A stretch of 63,977 bases of DNA, the filler included, from Sandaracinaceae bacterium (GTDB taxonomy: Bacteria > Myxococcota_A > Polyangia > Polyangiales > JADJQN01), in assembly GCA_947483975.1 (NCBI GenBank). It is 13 parts of 13 records of this genome, joined end to end, with 100 filler letters (N's around TTAATTAATTAA, not from the genome) between each part and the next. Parts side by side here need not be neighbours in the genome. Positions count along the whole stretch, not along the records: positions 30,153 to 35,023 come from CANKOL010000389.1; positions 35,124 to 39,976 come from CANKOL010000390.1; 11 more parts are not named here. The stretch is one strand, 5' to 3'. Position 1 is the stretch's first letter, and the number at the start of each line of letters is the position of its first letter. The notes under the pieces are model-generated. The model did not search any database. It saw only the letters and a list, made by a program, of their open reading frames with translations, and had not been told where the DNA came from. The translations under genes and the position numbers were made by a program. Of the stretch, positions 30,546 to 40,076 are shown in pieces.

Positions 30546-32351
30546 GTGACGCTCCGCAAGCTCGAGAAGTACGAGATCGAGGAGGAGATCGGCCACGGCG
30601 GGATGGCTACGGTCTTCCGCGCTCGTGACACGCGCCTCGACCGCGCCGTCGCCGTGAAGATCATGCACCCGCACCTGCGCGGCGCGCACGAGGCGCGGGC
30701 CCGCTTCACGCGCGAGGCGAAGACCGTCGCGCGCCTCAAGCACCCCAACATCCTCGAGATCTACGACTACAGCGGCGAAGACTCGCCCGAGTCGTTCATC
30801 GCCACGGAGCTCCTCACCGGCCCGACGCTCAAGCACTTCGCCGACGAGCACGCCGAGATCCCCGCGGAGATCGCCGCGTGCTTCACCGTCGAGATCGCGC
30901 GCGCCCTCGGCGTCGCGCACGCGAACGGCATCGTGCACCGCGACGTGAAGCCGGAGAACGTGCTTCTCCACGAGAACCGCTGCATCAAGCTCACCGACTT
31001 CGGCATCGCGCAGATGGTCGACTCGCAGTCGATGACCGCGACGGGCCAAGTGCTCGGCTCCCCTGGGCATATGGCGCCCGAGCAAATCGAGGGGCGCGAC
31101 TGCGACGGTCGCACCGACCTCTTCTCGCTCGGCACGGTCCTCTACTACCTCGCCACGGGGCGCCTGCCGTTCACGGGCCGCAATCCCCACGCGATCCTCA
31201 AGAAGATCGTCGACGGTGACTACGCCGATCCGCTGCGCCTGCGCCCCACCATCGGCGTTCGCCTGCGCGGAATCATCCGCAAATTGCTCGAAAAAGACCC
31301 CGCCGCGCGCTACGCGGACGCCGCCGAAGTCGAGAGAGACCTCGCCGCCTTCGTCGCCGAGATCGGCATCGACGACCCGTCGGCGCAGCTCGTCGCATAC
31401 CTCGGCGATCCTGTCGGCGTCGCGGCCTCCCTGCGCCTGCGCGCCATCGAGAAGCTGACCGCGCTCGGGGAAGCGGCGCTCGACCGCCAACAGATGCACG
31501 TCGCGACGCAGTACCTCGATCGCGTGCTCGCGCTCGACGACGGCAACGCGCGCGTGCTCTCTTTGCTAGCCCGCGTCAGTCGGCGCGCACGCCTGCGAAA
31601 GGTCGCATTTTTCAGCGCTTGCGCGCTGCTCGCGCTCGCCGGCGTCCTGATGGGCGGCTACGCGCTGACCCTCTCCGGGGCCCAGCCCGCGCGCCCGCCC
31701 GTCGACCCTCCGGACCTCGGCGCTCGCCTCGCGCCTGAGCCCCTCGACGCTGCGCTCTGGGACGCGAACCGCCCTACCGATCTGGGCCCGCCCCTCGCCG
31801 TCGAGCCGCCGCACGACGCCGCAGTGCTCGCGCCCGGCACACCCTCGCGCTTCGCTCGCGTCAACGTCGAAGGCACTGTCGCCGCGAGCAACGAGAGGCT
31901 CGTTCTCTTCGCCCCGACGCCCGTCGATGTCGTGATCAGCGTCGACGGGCGACCATCGCGCCCGTTCGGCCCGAGCTACTCGAGCGAGACCCTCTCCGTA
32001 GGCCGTCATTCCTTCTCTTTCTCCAACGCAGCATGCTGCGTCGAGGAGCGCTTCGACGCGCTCGTGCCAGCCGGCGACACCCCGTTCCGCCTGGCCCGTG
32101 CGCTCCCCTACAAGCCCGCTCGTTTGCTCGTGCGCACCGTCGGCGTCGCCGATGCACAGGTCGCGATCGACGGTCAGCGCAGGGGCGTCGCGTGGGCGCT
32201 GATCGCCGTCCCCGTCACGTCCCTGGCCCCGCACGTCACGATCACCGTGACAGCCGAAGGCCATCGCGCCTATACAGGCGATGTGCAGCTCGAAGCAGGC
32301 CAGCCGAAAGAGGTCACGGTGACCTTGGAGGACGTCGGGAGCAGCCCTTGA
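30546..32351 (+). CDS. Membrane Ser/Thr protein kinase
   Basis: GHGGMATV, AVK, HRDVKPEN, DFG and MAPE; TM helix; PEGA-like C-terminus. Confidence 0.93.
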   Translation: MTLRKLEKYEIEEEIGHGGMATVFRARDTRLDRAVAVKIMHPHLRGAHEARARFTREAKTVARLKHPNILEIYDYSGEDSPESFIATELLTGPTLKHFADEHAEIPAEIAACFTVEIARALGVAHANGIVHRDVKPENVLLHENRCIKLTDFGIAQMVDSQSMTATGQVLGSPGHMAPEQIEGRDCDGRTDLFSLGTVLYYLATGRLPFTGRNPHAILKKIVDGDYADPLRLRPTIGVRLRGIIRKLLEKDPAARYADAAEVERDLAAFVAEIGIDDPSAQLVAYLGDPVGVAASLRLRAIEKLTALGEAALDRQQMHVATQYLDRVLALDDGNARVLSLLARVSRRARLRKVAFFSACALLALAGVLMGGYALTLSGAQPARPPVDPPDLGARLAPEPLDAALWDANRPTDLGPPLAVEPPHDAAVLAPGTPSRFARVNVEGTVAASNERLVLFAPTPVDVVISVDGRPSRPFGPSYSSETLSVGRHSFSFSNAACCVEERFDALVPAGDTPFRLARALPYKPARLLVRTVGVADAQVAIDGQRRGVAWALIAVPVTSLAPHVTITVTAEGHRAYTGDVQLEAGQPKEVTVTLEDVGSSP

Positions 32352-33277
32352 GCGCCCCGCGCTCGGCTGCGCTCGCCTTCCTCGTCGCGCTCTTCGCAGC
32401 GTCTGCGCCGACCTCTGCGCGCGCCGACGATCTCTCCGATTTCGAGCGTGCGAGGGCCTCCTATGACGCCCAGCGCTACGCCGAGGCGGTGCAGAAGCTC
32501 GAGCTCCTCGTCGGCGGCGAAACGCCGCGCCTGACGACCCGCGCGATCATCCTCGAAGCCCGTAAATACCTGGGCGCGAGCTATCTCTTCGTCGCGCGCC
32601 GCGCGGACGCCGAGCGCCAATTCACGCGGCTCCTCGGCGACGATCCGCAGTACCAGATCGACCCGACGACGTTCCCCGCCGAGGTGCGAGAGGTCTTCGC
32701 CACCGTGCGTGCTCGCCTCGAGGGAGAGGCCAGCGAGAGGGCGGCGGCCCACGCCCGCGAAGAGGCCGCTCGACGGGCCGAAGAGGCCGCCCGTCTGCTG
32801 CGCGACGCCGACCGCCTCGAGCACCTCCGCGTGCTCGCCGCGACCGAGACCTTCGTCGAGGAGCACGACCGCTGGATCGCCGCACTTCCCTTTGGAATAG
32901 GGCAATTTCAGAACGGCCACACCGGGCTCGGCATCGCCTTCGCCGTCGCGGAGGGCGCGCTCACCGCCACCGCGATCACGATGGCCTCGCTGCACTACGC
33001 CCTCCCGTCCTCGACCGGCTACATCGACTTCGAACACCCGACCCTCGACATGGCTGAAGTGCGCCGCCTCGAGGCCGCGTATTCCGTCACGAATTACCTC
33101 GCGATGGGCGTGCTCGCAGCCGTGCTGGTCGTCGGTCTCGTCGACGCAGAGCTGCGCTTCGTACCCAGCGTCACGCGCACTCGCCCACGCGCCGTGGCGC
33201 CCGCAGCGCAGCCAGAAACGCCCTCCGCGACCCTGAGCGTCGGGCCGGGCAGCGCGATCTTTCGCCTCCGATTCTGA
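32348..33277 (+). CDS. Secreted TPR-domain protein coupled to the kinase
   Basis: Signal peptide ending ARA-DD; TPR-like helices; PFGIGQFQNG hydrophobic region; terminal Phe; TTGA overlap. Confidence 0.7.
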   Translation: MSAPRSAALAFLVALFAASAPTSARADDLSDFERARASYDAQRYAEAVQKLELLVGGETPRLTTRAIILEARKYLGASYLFVARRADAERQFTRLLGDDPQYQIDPTTFPAEVREVFATVRARLEGEASERAAAHAREEAARRAEEAARLLRDADRLEHLRVLAATETFVEEHDRWIAALPFGIGQFQNGHTGLGIAFAVAEGALTATAITMASLHYALPSSTGYIDFEHPTLDMAEVRRLEAAYSVTNYLAMGVLAAVLVVGLVDAELRFVPSVTRTRPRAVAPAAQPETPSATLSVGPGSAIFRLRF

Positions 33278-33378
33278 CGATCACGCGTCGATGAGGTTGC
33301 GCGTCACCAACTGGCGATCCAGTGTCCGCCCCCCCCGCGAAGGTCGCAAAAGTGATCCCCGCAGAGGACGAATCTCGC

Positions 33379-33406
33379 TTGACAGTCTGGCGGCTGACAG
33401 TAGTCT
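33379..33406 (+). promoter_or_regulatory. Sigma70 promoter of rpsL
   Basis: TTGACA, 16-bp spacer, TAGTCT; about 63 bp upstream of the rpsL ATG. Confidence 0.7.
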
Positions 33407-33469
33407 TCCGCCCCTCTCAAGTCGCCCCGCCAGAGCTCTCAGCAGTGTCCCCCCAGGAAGCAAGCTAGA

Positions 33470-33868
33470 ATGCCGACGATCAATCAGCTCGTGCGCAAGG
33501 GACGGCAGGCCGTCCGGGTGAAGACGGCGTCGCCAGCGCTCCAGAGCTGCCCGCAGAAGCGTGGCGTTTGTGTCCGTGTTTACACGACCACGCCGAAGAA
33601 GCCGAACTCCGCTCTGCGCAAGGTTGCTCGCGTGCGCCTCTCGAATCAGATCGAGGTCACGACGTACATCCCCGGCGAGGGACACAACCTCCAGGAGCAC
33701 TCGGTCGTCCTCATTCGCGGCGGTCGCGTCAAGGACCTCCCGGGTTGCCGCTACCACGTCGTCCGTGGTCCCCACGATGCCTCGGGCGCCATTGGCCCGT
33801 CCAACACGAACAAGGCGAACCGCACGCAGGGTCGCTCGAAGTACGGCGTCAAGCGCCCGAAGAAGTGA
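33470..33868 (+). CDS. rpsL: 30S ribosomal protein S12
   Basis: [36 protein letters not shown] and RSKYG. Confidence 0.99.
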   Translation: MPTINQLVRKGRQAVRVKTASPALQSCPQKRGVCVRVYTTTPKKPNSALRKVARVRLSNQIEVTTYIPGEGHNLQEHSVVLIRGGRVKDLPGCRYHVVRGPHDASGAIGPSNTNKANRTQGRSKYGVKRPKK

Positions 33869-33877
33869 GCTGAGAAG

Positions 33878-34348
33878 ATGCCGCGTCGTCGCGAAGTCCC
33901 GAAGCGCAAGATCCTCCCCGACCCGAAGTACCGGGACCGGATGGTCGCGAAGTTCTGCAACATCCTCATGCTGGGCGGCAAGAAGTCGACCGCAGAGCAG
34001 ATCCTCTACGGCGCGTTCGACATCATCGTCGCCCGCTACAAGGAGGACCCGCTCGAGGTCTTCCGCAAGGCGCTCGACTCGGTGAAGCCGAAGGTCGAAG
34101 TCAAGAGCCGTCGTGTCGGCGGCGCGACCTACCAGGTCCCCGTCGAAGTGCGCCCCGAGCGCCGCGTCGCCTTGGCGATGCGCTGGCTGACCCAGTACTC
34201 GCGAGAGCGTGGCGAGAAGACGATGACCGAGCGGCTTGCCGCGGAGTTCGTCGACGCCGCCCAGAACCGCGGAAACGCGGTCAAGAAGCGCGAAGACATC
34301 CACAAGATGGCCGAGGCCAACAAGGCCTTCGCGCACTACCGCTGGTAG
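33878..34348 (+). CDS. rpsG: 30S ribosomal protein S7
   Basis: [18 protein letters not shown] and [13 protein letters not shown]. Confidence 0.99.
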   Translation: MPRRREVPKRKILPDPKYRDRMVAKFCNILMLGGKKSTAEQILYGAFDIIVARYKEDPLEVFRKALDSVKPKVEVKSRRVGGATYQVPVEVRPERRVALAMRWLTQYSRERGEKTMTERLAAEFVDAAQNRGNAVKKREDIHKMAEANKAFAHYRW

Positions 34349-34530
34349 CCACCCTCGCTCTCTTTCTCTCGACCACTGGATAGGTCGTCTCAGACGAAAC
34401 CCTCCGGACGGAGCCCTGAACTCGAAGCATGACGACGCACACATAAACGAGCCCAGCCCCTCGCCAGACGGGTCCTGCAACATGCCCAGCTATCGCTGAG
34501 CAGTCCCCAGGTCCGACCGAAGCTGTTCTC

Positions 34531-34595
34531 GAAACCCTCTCCGGGATATGCGCGATCCAATGGTGATCGCCTAGGTGGCCGGAGGGGGTTTTCTT
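34531..34595 (+). terminator. Terminator/attenuator-like hairpin upstream of tuf
   Basis: GAAACCCTCTCCGG...CCGGAGGGGGTTTTC outer stem, inner GCGATC/GATCGC hairpin, ending in TTTTCTT. Confidence 0.6.
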
Positions 34596-34671
34596 GCGTC
34601 TACCGCCCCGAGCATCAGCGCCCAACGAACTCCCCCCGCTTCCGCACAACAGCTCTCCGGAGACTCGACAC

Positions 34672-35023
34672 ATGGCCAAGGAAAAGTTCGTCCGTACCAA
34701 GCCCCACGTGAACGTCGGCACCATCGGTCACATCGACCATGGCAAAACGACGACCACCGCGGCGATCACGATGGTCGCGTCCAAGAAGTACGGCGGCAAG
34801 GCCGTTTCGTACGCCGACATCGCCAAGGGTGGCACGGTCCGCGACGCGTCCAAGATCGTGACGATCGCCGTCTCGCACGTCGAGTACGAGACGCCGAACC
34901 GCCACTACGCGCACGTCGACTGCCCTGGGCACGCCGACTTCATCAAGAACATGATCACCGGCGCCGCGCAGATGGACGGCGCGATCCTCGTGGTCTCCGC
35001 CCTCGACGGCCCGATGCCCCAGA
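34672..35023 (+). CDS. tuf: Elongation factor Tu, N-terminal part (3' truncated)
   Basis: [27 protein letters not shown] and [31 protein letters not shown]. Confidence 0.97.
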
Positions 35024-35123
35024 NNNNNNNNNNNNNNNNNNNNNNNNNNNNNNNNNNNNNNNNNNNNTTAATTAATTAANNNNNNNNNNNNNNNNNNNNN
35101 NNNNNNNNNNNNNNNNNNNNNNN

Positions 35124-35592
35124 CATCGCGCCGGTCGTGGTGCCGCCCGCCATCGCGGCGCAGCTCGTGGTGCCGCCCGCCATTGCGCCGCAGGTCGTGC
35201 CCCTGCCCGACGCAGTCGTGGCTGCGGACGACTCGCTGCCTGAAGCCCAGCTCCGCAGGCGTCGCGTCCCGTCGAACTCGGCGCCCGATACGCCGCCGCC
35301 GCCCGCGGTCGCCGACCCCGCCGCGCCGCCGACCGCGAGCGAGCTGATGATGGAGGCGCGGCGCGCCTTGGCCCGCGGCGAGCCTGAGGTCTGCACCGCG
35401 CTGGTCGAACGCGCGCTCACCTCGGGAGCGCCCGCGATCGCCCTGAAGCTGCAGGGCGACTGCTATCGACGCTCGAGCCGCGACGCCGACGCGCTGCGCT
35501 CGTATCAGCGCTTCTGTCGCCTCGCCCCCGACAACCCCGCGATCAGCGAAGTGCGCGCGCTCGCGGAGGTCCTCGGCGGGGCCTGCCCCTGA
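35124..35592 (+). CDS. C-terminal fragment with Pro-rich linker and TPR-like end (typical kinase tail)
   Basis: Pro/Ala-rich stretch followed by LQGDCYRR...ALRSYQRFCRLAP. Confidence 0.55.
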
Positions 35593-35596
35593 GCTT

Positions 35597-36466
35597 TCAG
35601 CGCGCTGCGAGCACGGCGCGCTCGAGCAGCGCCTGGGCGCTCGCCGCGGCGAAGTCCGGGTAGCACGCCGTCCCGATGCGCAGGCTCGGCGCTGGCACGA
35701 CCCGCGCGGCGAAGAGCGAGCCCGCGCGCTCCGCCTCGAGGAGGCGACCGATGACGACTCCCACGCCAGGCGCCCCGGTCTCGGGCAGCACGAGCGCGAG
35801 CTCGTCCTCTGACGCACGAAACAGCTGGTCGATGTCGCGCGTGCTCGCGCGCAGCCCCGCGGCGAGCCGTACGAGCGCCCCGTCCGCGGCGTCGTTCCCG
35901 CCGACCGCCGCGACGTCTCCGAGGTTCGTGATGCGCACGACGACCGCGCCGAGCGAGTGCCCGTAGCGGACGGCTCGCACGTACTCGTAATGGAGCGTGA
36001 TGAAGAGCTGCTGCGCCGTGCCCGCGCGCGTCAGCGGATCGATCAGCTCGACCTCGTGGGCGCGCCGCTCGGCGCTCGCCAGGGCGCTCTCGGCGCTCTT
36101 CACGCGGAGGGCGTTGCGCACTCGCTGCTGCACCTCGAAGACGCGGAACGGGCGCGAGACGTGGTCGTCGGCGCCGAGCGCCGTGCCGCGCGCGCGAGAG
36201 GCGTCGTCCGCGGCGTCGGTCACGAGGAGCACGGGAATCCCCGCGAGCTGTGGCTCAGCCTTCAGCACGCGCAGGACCTCCAGCCCGTCGAGGGACGGCA
36301 TCACGGCGTCGAGCAGCACGAGATCCGGGCGCGCCCGCGCGACGGCGTCGAGCACCGCGACCCCGTTCGCGGCGGTCACGACCTGATAGCCGGCGGCCTC
36401 GCACACCTCTTGAAGGAGGCGGAGCTGGAACGGGTCGTCGTCGGCGACGAGGACGACCGCGCTCAC
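35597..36466 (-). CDS. Response regulator with degenerate GGDEF domain
   Basis: REC motifs VADDD, LLDAVMP and SRPF; GGDEF fold (DPLT, YVRAVRYG) with RASEDEL at the active-site position. Confidence 0.85.
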   Translation of the reverse strand: MSAVVLVADDDPFQLRLLQEVCEAAGYQVVTAANGVAVLDAVARARPDLVLLDAVMPSLDGLEVLRVLKAEPQLAGIPVLLVTDAADDASRARGTALGADDHVSRPFRVFEVQQRVRNALRVKSAESALASAERRAHEVELIDPLTRAGTAQQLFITLHYEYVRAVRYGHSLGAVVVRITNLGDVAAVGGNDAADGALVRLAAGLRASTRDIDQLFRASEDELALVLPETGAPGVGVVIGRLLEAERAGSLFAARVVPAPSLRIGTACYPDFAAASAQALLERAVLAAR

Positions 36467-37575
36467 AGGTCCGCCTCCTGTTCGTCGTCGTCCGCCGCAC
36501 TCGCTCCGCCGCGCGGGCCTTCGAGGCCGAGCGCGTGCACCTTGCGGATGAGGTTCCGGCGGCTGATGCCGAGCGCGTCTGCGGCGCGGGTCTTGTTGCC
36601 GCGCGCGCGCGCCAAGCCGTCGACGATCATGCGGCGCTCGAGCGCCTCGACCGCCGCAGGCAGCTTCATCGCGAGCAGGTCCTCCGTCAGGGGCGCGCCT
36701 CCAACGCTCACCGACGCGGGCGCGGGCTCCGGCGCCCTGCGTGCGGCAGAGAGCGGCGCGCGCACAGCCCGCGCGATCGCCGCGGAGAGATGCTCCTCCG
36801 AGAGCACGCCGCTGTCGCCCGAGAGCACCCAGAGCCGCTCGATCTCGTTCTCGAGCTCGCGGACGTTCCCGGGCCAGGTGTGCGCGACGAGGCGCGCGAG
36901 CGTGCTCCCCGCGAGGACCTTCCTCTGCTGGTCCCGCTTCGCGAGCTTCGCGAGGAAGTGCTCGGCGAGCAGCGGGATGTCGGCGGCGCGCTCGCGGAGC
37001 GGCGGGACCCTCAGCTGGAACACGTTCAAGCGATAGTAGAGATCCTGGCGGAACGTCCCCCGCTCGACCATCGCCGAGAGCTCGCGGTTCGTCGCCGCGA
37101 TGATGCGGACGTCGACGCGCCGCGGCTCGGTCGCGCCCACGGGCAGGAACACTCCCTCTTGCAGCACGCGGAGCAGCTTCACCTGCAGCGCCGGCGACAT
37201 ATCGCCGACCTCGTCCATGAAGAACGTCCCGCCGTCCGCGACGTCGAAGAGCCCCGGCTTGTCGCTCCCGGCGCCGGTGAACGACCCGCGCTTGTGTCCG
37301 AAGAACTCGCTCTCGAGGAGGTTGTCGTTGAACGCGCCGCAGTTCGTCGCGACGAAGCGCTTGCCCGCGCGCGGGGAGTGATCGTGAATGGCGCGCGCGA
37401 CGAGCTCTTTTCCTGTGCCGTTCTCTCCGCTGACGACCACCGTCGCAGAGGTCGTGCGGATGCGCTCGAGCCACCGGACGAGCTCGCGCATCGGCGCGCT
37501 CCGACCGACGAGCCCACCGTACGCAGCCTCGTCGGTCGCGCTCACTTCCGGCGTCTGGCTCGTTCCCCCCGACAT
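36463..37575 (-). CDS. Sigma54 enhancer-binding protein (AAA+ and Fis-HTH only)
   Basis: GENGTGKE, GSFTGA, FMDEVG, FRQDLYYRL, WPGNVRELEN and C-terminal AADALGISRRNL; only ~20 aa precede the AAA+ domain. Confidence 0.93.
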   Translation of the reverse strand: MSGGTSQTPEVSATDEAAYGGLVGRSAPMRELVRWLERIRTTSATVVVSGENGTGKELVARAIHDHSPRAGKRFVATNCGAFNDNLLESEFFGHKRGSFTGAGSDKPGLFDVADGGTFFMDEVGDMSPALQVKLLRVLQEGVFLPVGATEPRRVDVRIIAATNRELSAMVERGTFRQDLYYRLNVFQLRVPPLRERAADIPLLAEHFLAKLAKRDQQRKVLAGSTLARLVAHTWPGNVRELENEIERLWVLSGDSGVLSEEHLSAAIARAVRAPLSAARRAPEPAPASVSVGGAPLTEDLLAMKLPAAVEALERRMIVDGLARARGNKTRAADALGISRRNLIRKVHALGLEGPRGGASAADDDEQEADL

Positions 37576-37661
37576 GGTGAGCCACGCTACCACGTCCCTC
37601 GGCGTCCATCCCCCGCTACCTCCGCTGACGAGCGACTGCTACGGTCGGCCGCGGAACGCAG

Positions 37662-39335
37662 ATGGACGTCGTCTATTTCATCGTCCTCGTCGGCGTGCTG
37701 GTCTTCGTGCACGAGCTCGGGCACTTCGTCTGGGCGAAGTTCTTCGGCGTCCACGTGCTGCGCTTCTCGCTCGGCTTCGGGCCACGCATCGCCGGCTTCA
37801 CCCGCGGCGGGACCGAGTACGTGCTCGCTGCCATCCCGCTGGGTGGCTATGTGCGGATGCTCGGTGAGGGCGCGCAGGACGTCGTCGCCGACGCCGACTC
37901 GGCGCGCTCCTTCGGCGCGCAGCCCATCTGGAAGCGCTTCGTCATCGTGGTCGCGGGACCACTGATGAACCTCGTCTTCCCGATCGTCCTGTATTTCGTC
38001 GTCGCCCTCGGCGACCAGTCGCTGCCGCCCGCGATCATCGGCATCGTGTTCCCGGACCGCCCGGCCGACGGCAAGCTGCTCCCCGGGGACCGTGTCCTCT
38101 CCATCGACGGCGACGAGGTCCTGACGTTCGTCGATCTCGTCGGCCTCGTCGAGGACCGCGCCGGCGACCCGCTCGAGTTCGTCGTCGACCGCGCGGGAAC
38201 TCAGGTGCACACGACGATCACTCCGATGTTGGTGACGCGCACGAAGGAGCCGCTCGACCTCGCCGAGAGCACCGGGCTGATCGGCGTGATGCCCATGCAC
38301 CCGGAGGCCGTCATCGGCGTCGCGAGCCCGTCGAGCCCGTCGGGCGCGGCGAGGCTGCAGACGTTCGACGTCGTCGTGGCCGCGCGCGGCCGCCCGATCC
38401 GTCGCTACCTCGACCTCGGCAGCGCGCTCGAGCACAACCGCGGCGAGCTGATCCCGCTCACCTATCTGCGGCCGCGCCGCATCGAGAGCGCGCTCGGCGG
38501 GCTGATCGACATCGACGTCTACGAGCCGCACGTCGCGACCGTCACGCCCGAACCCGGCGAGACGAGCGGCCTCATCCGCGCGGGCCTCGAGGCCGCGGAG
38601 CTCTACGTCAGCGAGGTGCAGGCGGGGTCCCCCGAGCACCGCATGGGGCTGCGTCCGGGCGACCGACTCGTGTCGCTCGACGGCCGCGCGATCCGCGTCT
38701 GGGCGACGTTTCTCGAGGATCTGCGCGTCGGTCGCGGGCGCGCGCACACGCTCGTGTGGCGTCGCGGCGAGCGCGAGTTCTCGGCCCGCTACGCCCTCAC
38801 GCACGAGCACGGCACGACGGAGTATGGGCAGCGCTACGACCGCTACGCGGTCTCCATGCGCAACTGGACGCCGGTGCGCTCGGACGCGCTCGTGCCGAAC
38901 CCGCATCGCTTCCTCTATGCCGTGCGCGCCGCGTTCACGAACACCGCCGAGGTCGTGAAGCTCACGGTGTTCTCGGTGGTGCGGCTGCTGCAAGGGCGGC
39001 TGACGGCCCGCTCGCTCGGCGGGCCGCTACAAATCTTCTCGTACGCGGGTGAAGCCGCGCGCGCGGGAACGCTCGACTATCTCAAGCTCATGGCCTTCAT
39101 CAGCATCAACCTGGGACTGATCAATCTCTTGCCCATTCCTCTGCTCGACGGTGGTCATCTGCTGTTCTTCACGCTCGAGACGGTCACGCGAAAGCCCGTG
39201 TCACGAAAGGTGCGGGAGTACGCGTCGATCGCCGGGCTCTCGGTGCTCATCCTCTTGATGATCTTCGCGTTCACCAACGACCTGCAGCGGCAATGGCCGA
39301 GCATCGTGGAGACGGTGAGCCGCGATGCCCGGTGA
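37662..39335 (+). CDS. rseP: RIP metalloprotease RseP with multiple PDZ domains
   Basis: HELGH, FSLGFG, PLGGYVRM, AGPLMN and NLLPIPLLDGG. Confidence 0.95.
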   Translation: MDVVYFIVLVGVLVFVHELGHFVWAKFFGVHVLRFSLGFGPRIAGFTRGGTEYVLAAIPLGGYVRMLGEGAQDVVADADSARSFGAQPIWKRFVIVVAGPLMNLVFPIVLYFVVALGDQSLPPAIIGIVFPDRPADGKLLPGDRVLSIDGDEVLTFVDLVGLVEDRAGDPLEFVVDRAGTQVHTTITPMLVTRTKEPLDLAESTGLIGVMPMHPEAVIGVASPSSPSGAARLQTFDVVVAARGRPIRRYLDLGSALEHNRGELIPLTYLRPRRIESALGGLIDIDVYEPHVATVTPEPGETSGLIRAGLEAAELYVSEVQAGSPEHRMGLRPGDRLVSLDGRAIRVWATFLEDLRVGRGRAHTLVWRRGEREFSARYALTHEHGTTEYGQRYDRYAVSMRNWTPVRSDALVPNPHRFLYAVRAAFTNTAEVVKLTVFSVVRLLQGRLTARSLGGPLQIFSYAGEAARAGTLDYLKLMAFISINLGLINLLPIPLLDGGHLLFFTLETVTRKPVSRKVREYASIAGLSVLILLMIFAFTNDLQRQWPSIVETVSRDAR

Positions 39336-39976
39336 TGGACGCCGCCAGAATCCGCCGCGCCCTGCGCAGCGTGAGTTCAACGCCCGCGAGCTCGCGACCT
39401 TCGTGCTCTTCCGCGTCGCCGAGGACAGCGCCTACGCCTCGCGCGTGCTCGACGCTGAGCTCTCTCGCGCGCGCCTAGACCCGCGCGACGCCGCGCTCGC
39501 GACCGAGATCGTCTACGGCACGCTGCGCACGCTGCCCGCGATGGACGCCGCGTACTCGGGCTTTCTGCGGCGCGCGCCCGAGACGCTCGATCCCATGGTG
39601 CGCGCTGCGCTGCGCACGGCCTGCTACCAGCTGCTGCACCTCGGGCGAGTGCCGCCGCACGCGATCGTCGACGGCGCGGTCGGGCTCGTCTCACACGAGC
39701 GCGGGCGCATCCTCGCGGGCGTCGTGAACGCGGTGCTGCGCAAGGTCGCCGCGACGCGCCCTGCCGAGCCGAAGCCGCCCCTCGCGCTCGTCGCGCCGGA
39801 CTGGTTCGGCGCCGCGCTAGTCGCGGGTCTAGGCGAGGCGCGCGCCACCGAGTTCCTCGCCGCGCGGAGGCTCCCGCCGCCCGTCGTGCTCCGCGTCGAG
39901 GACGAGGCGCCGGGCGCTCGCGAGGCGCTGATCGCCCAGATCGTCGCGGTGCGGGAGGGCGCGGAGGTCCTGCCGG
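39325..39976 (+). CDS. rsmB: 16S rRNA m5C967 methyltransferase RsmB/Sun, N-terminal NusB-like part (3' truncated)
   Basis: DAALATEIVYGTLR, YQLLHL.RVPPHA and VNAVLR. Confidence 0.8.
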
Positions 39977-40076
39977 NNNNNNNNNNNNNNNNNNNNNNNN
40001 NNNNNNNNNNNNNNNNNNNNTTAATTAATTAANNNNNNNNNNNNNNNNNNNNNNNNNNNNNNNNNNNNNNNNNNNN

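Noticed and set aside
31560..33280. Somewhat more A/T at third codon positions, suggesting foreign DNA
   Set aside because: The genes are typical myxobacterial kinase/TPR types with no mobility genes or boundaries, and the shift cannot be quantified by eye.
34349..34671. tRNA genes upstream of tuf (as in tufB operons)
   Set aside because: No cloverleaf or GTTCGA T-loop with matching stems was found.
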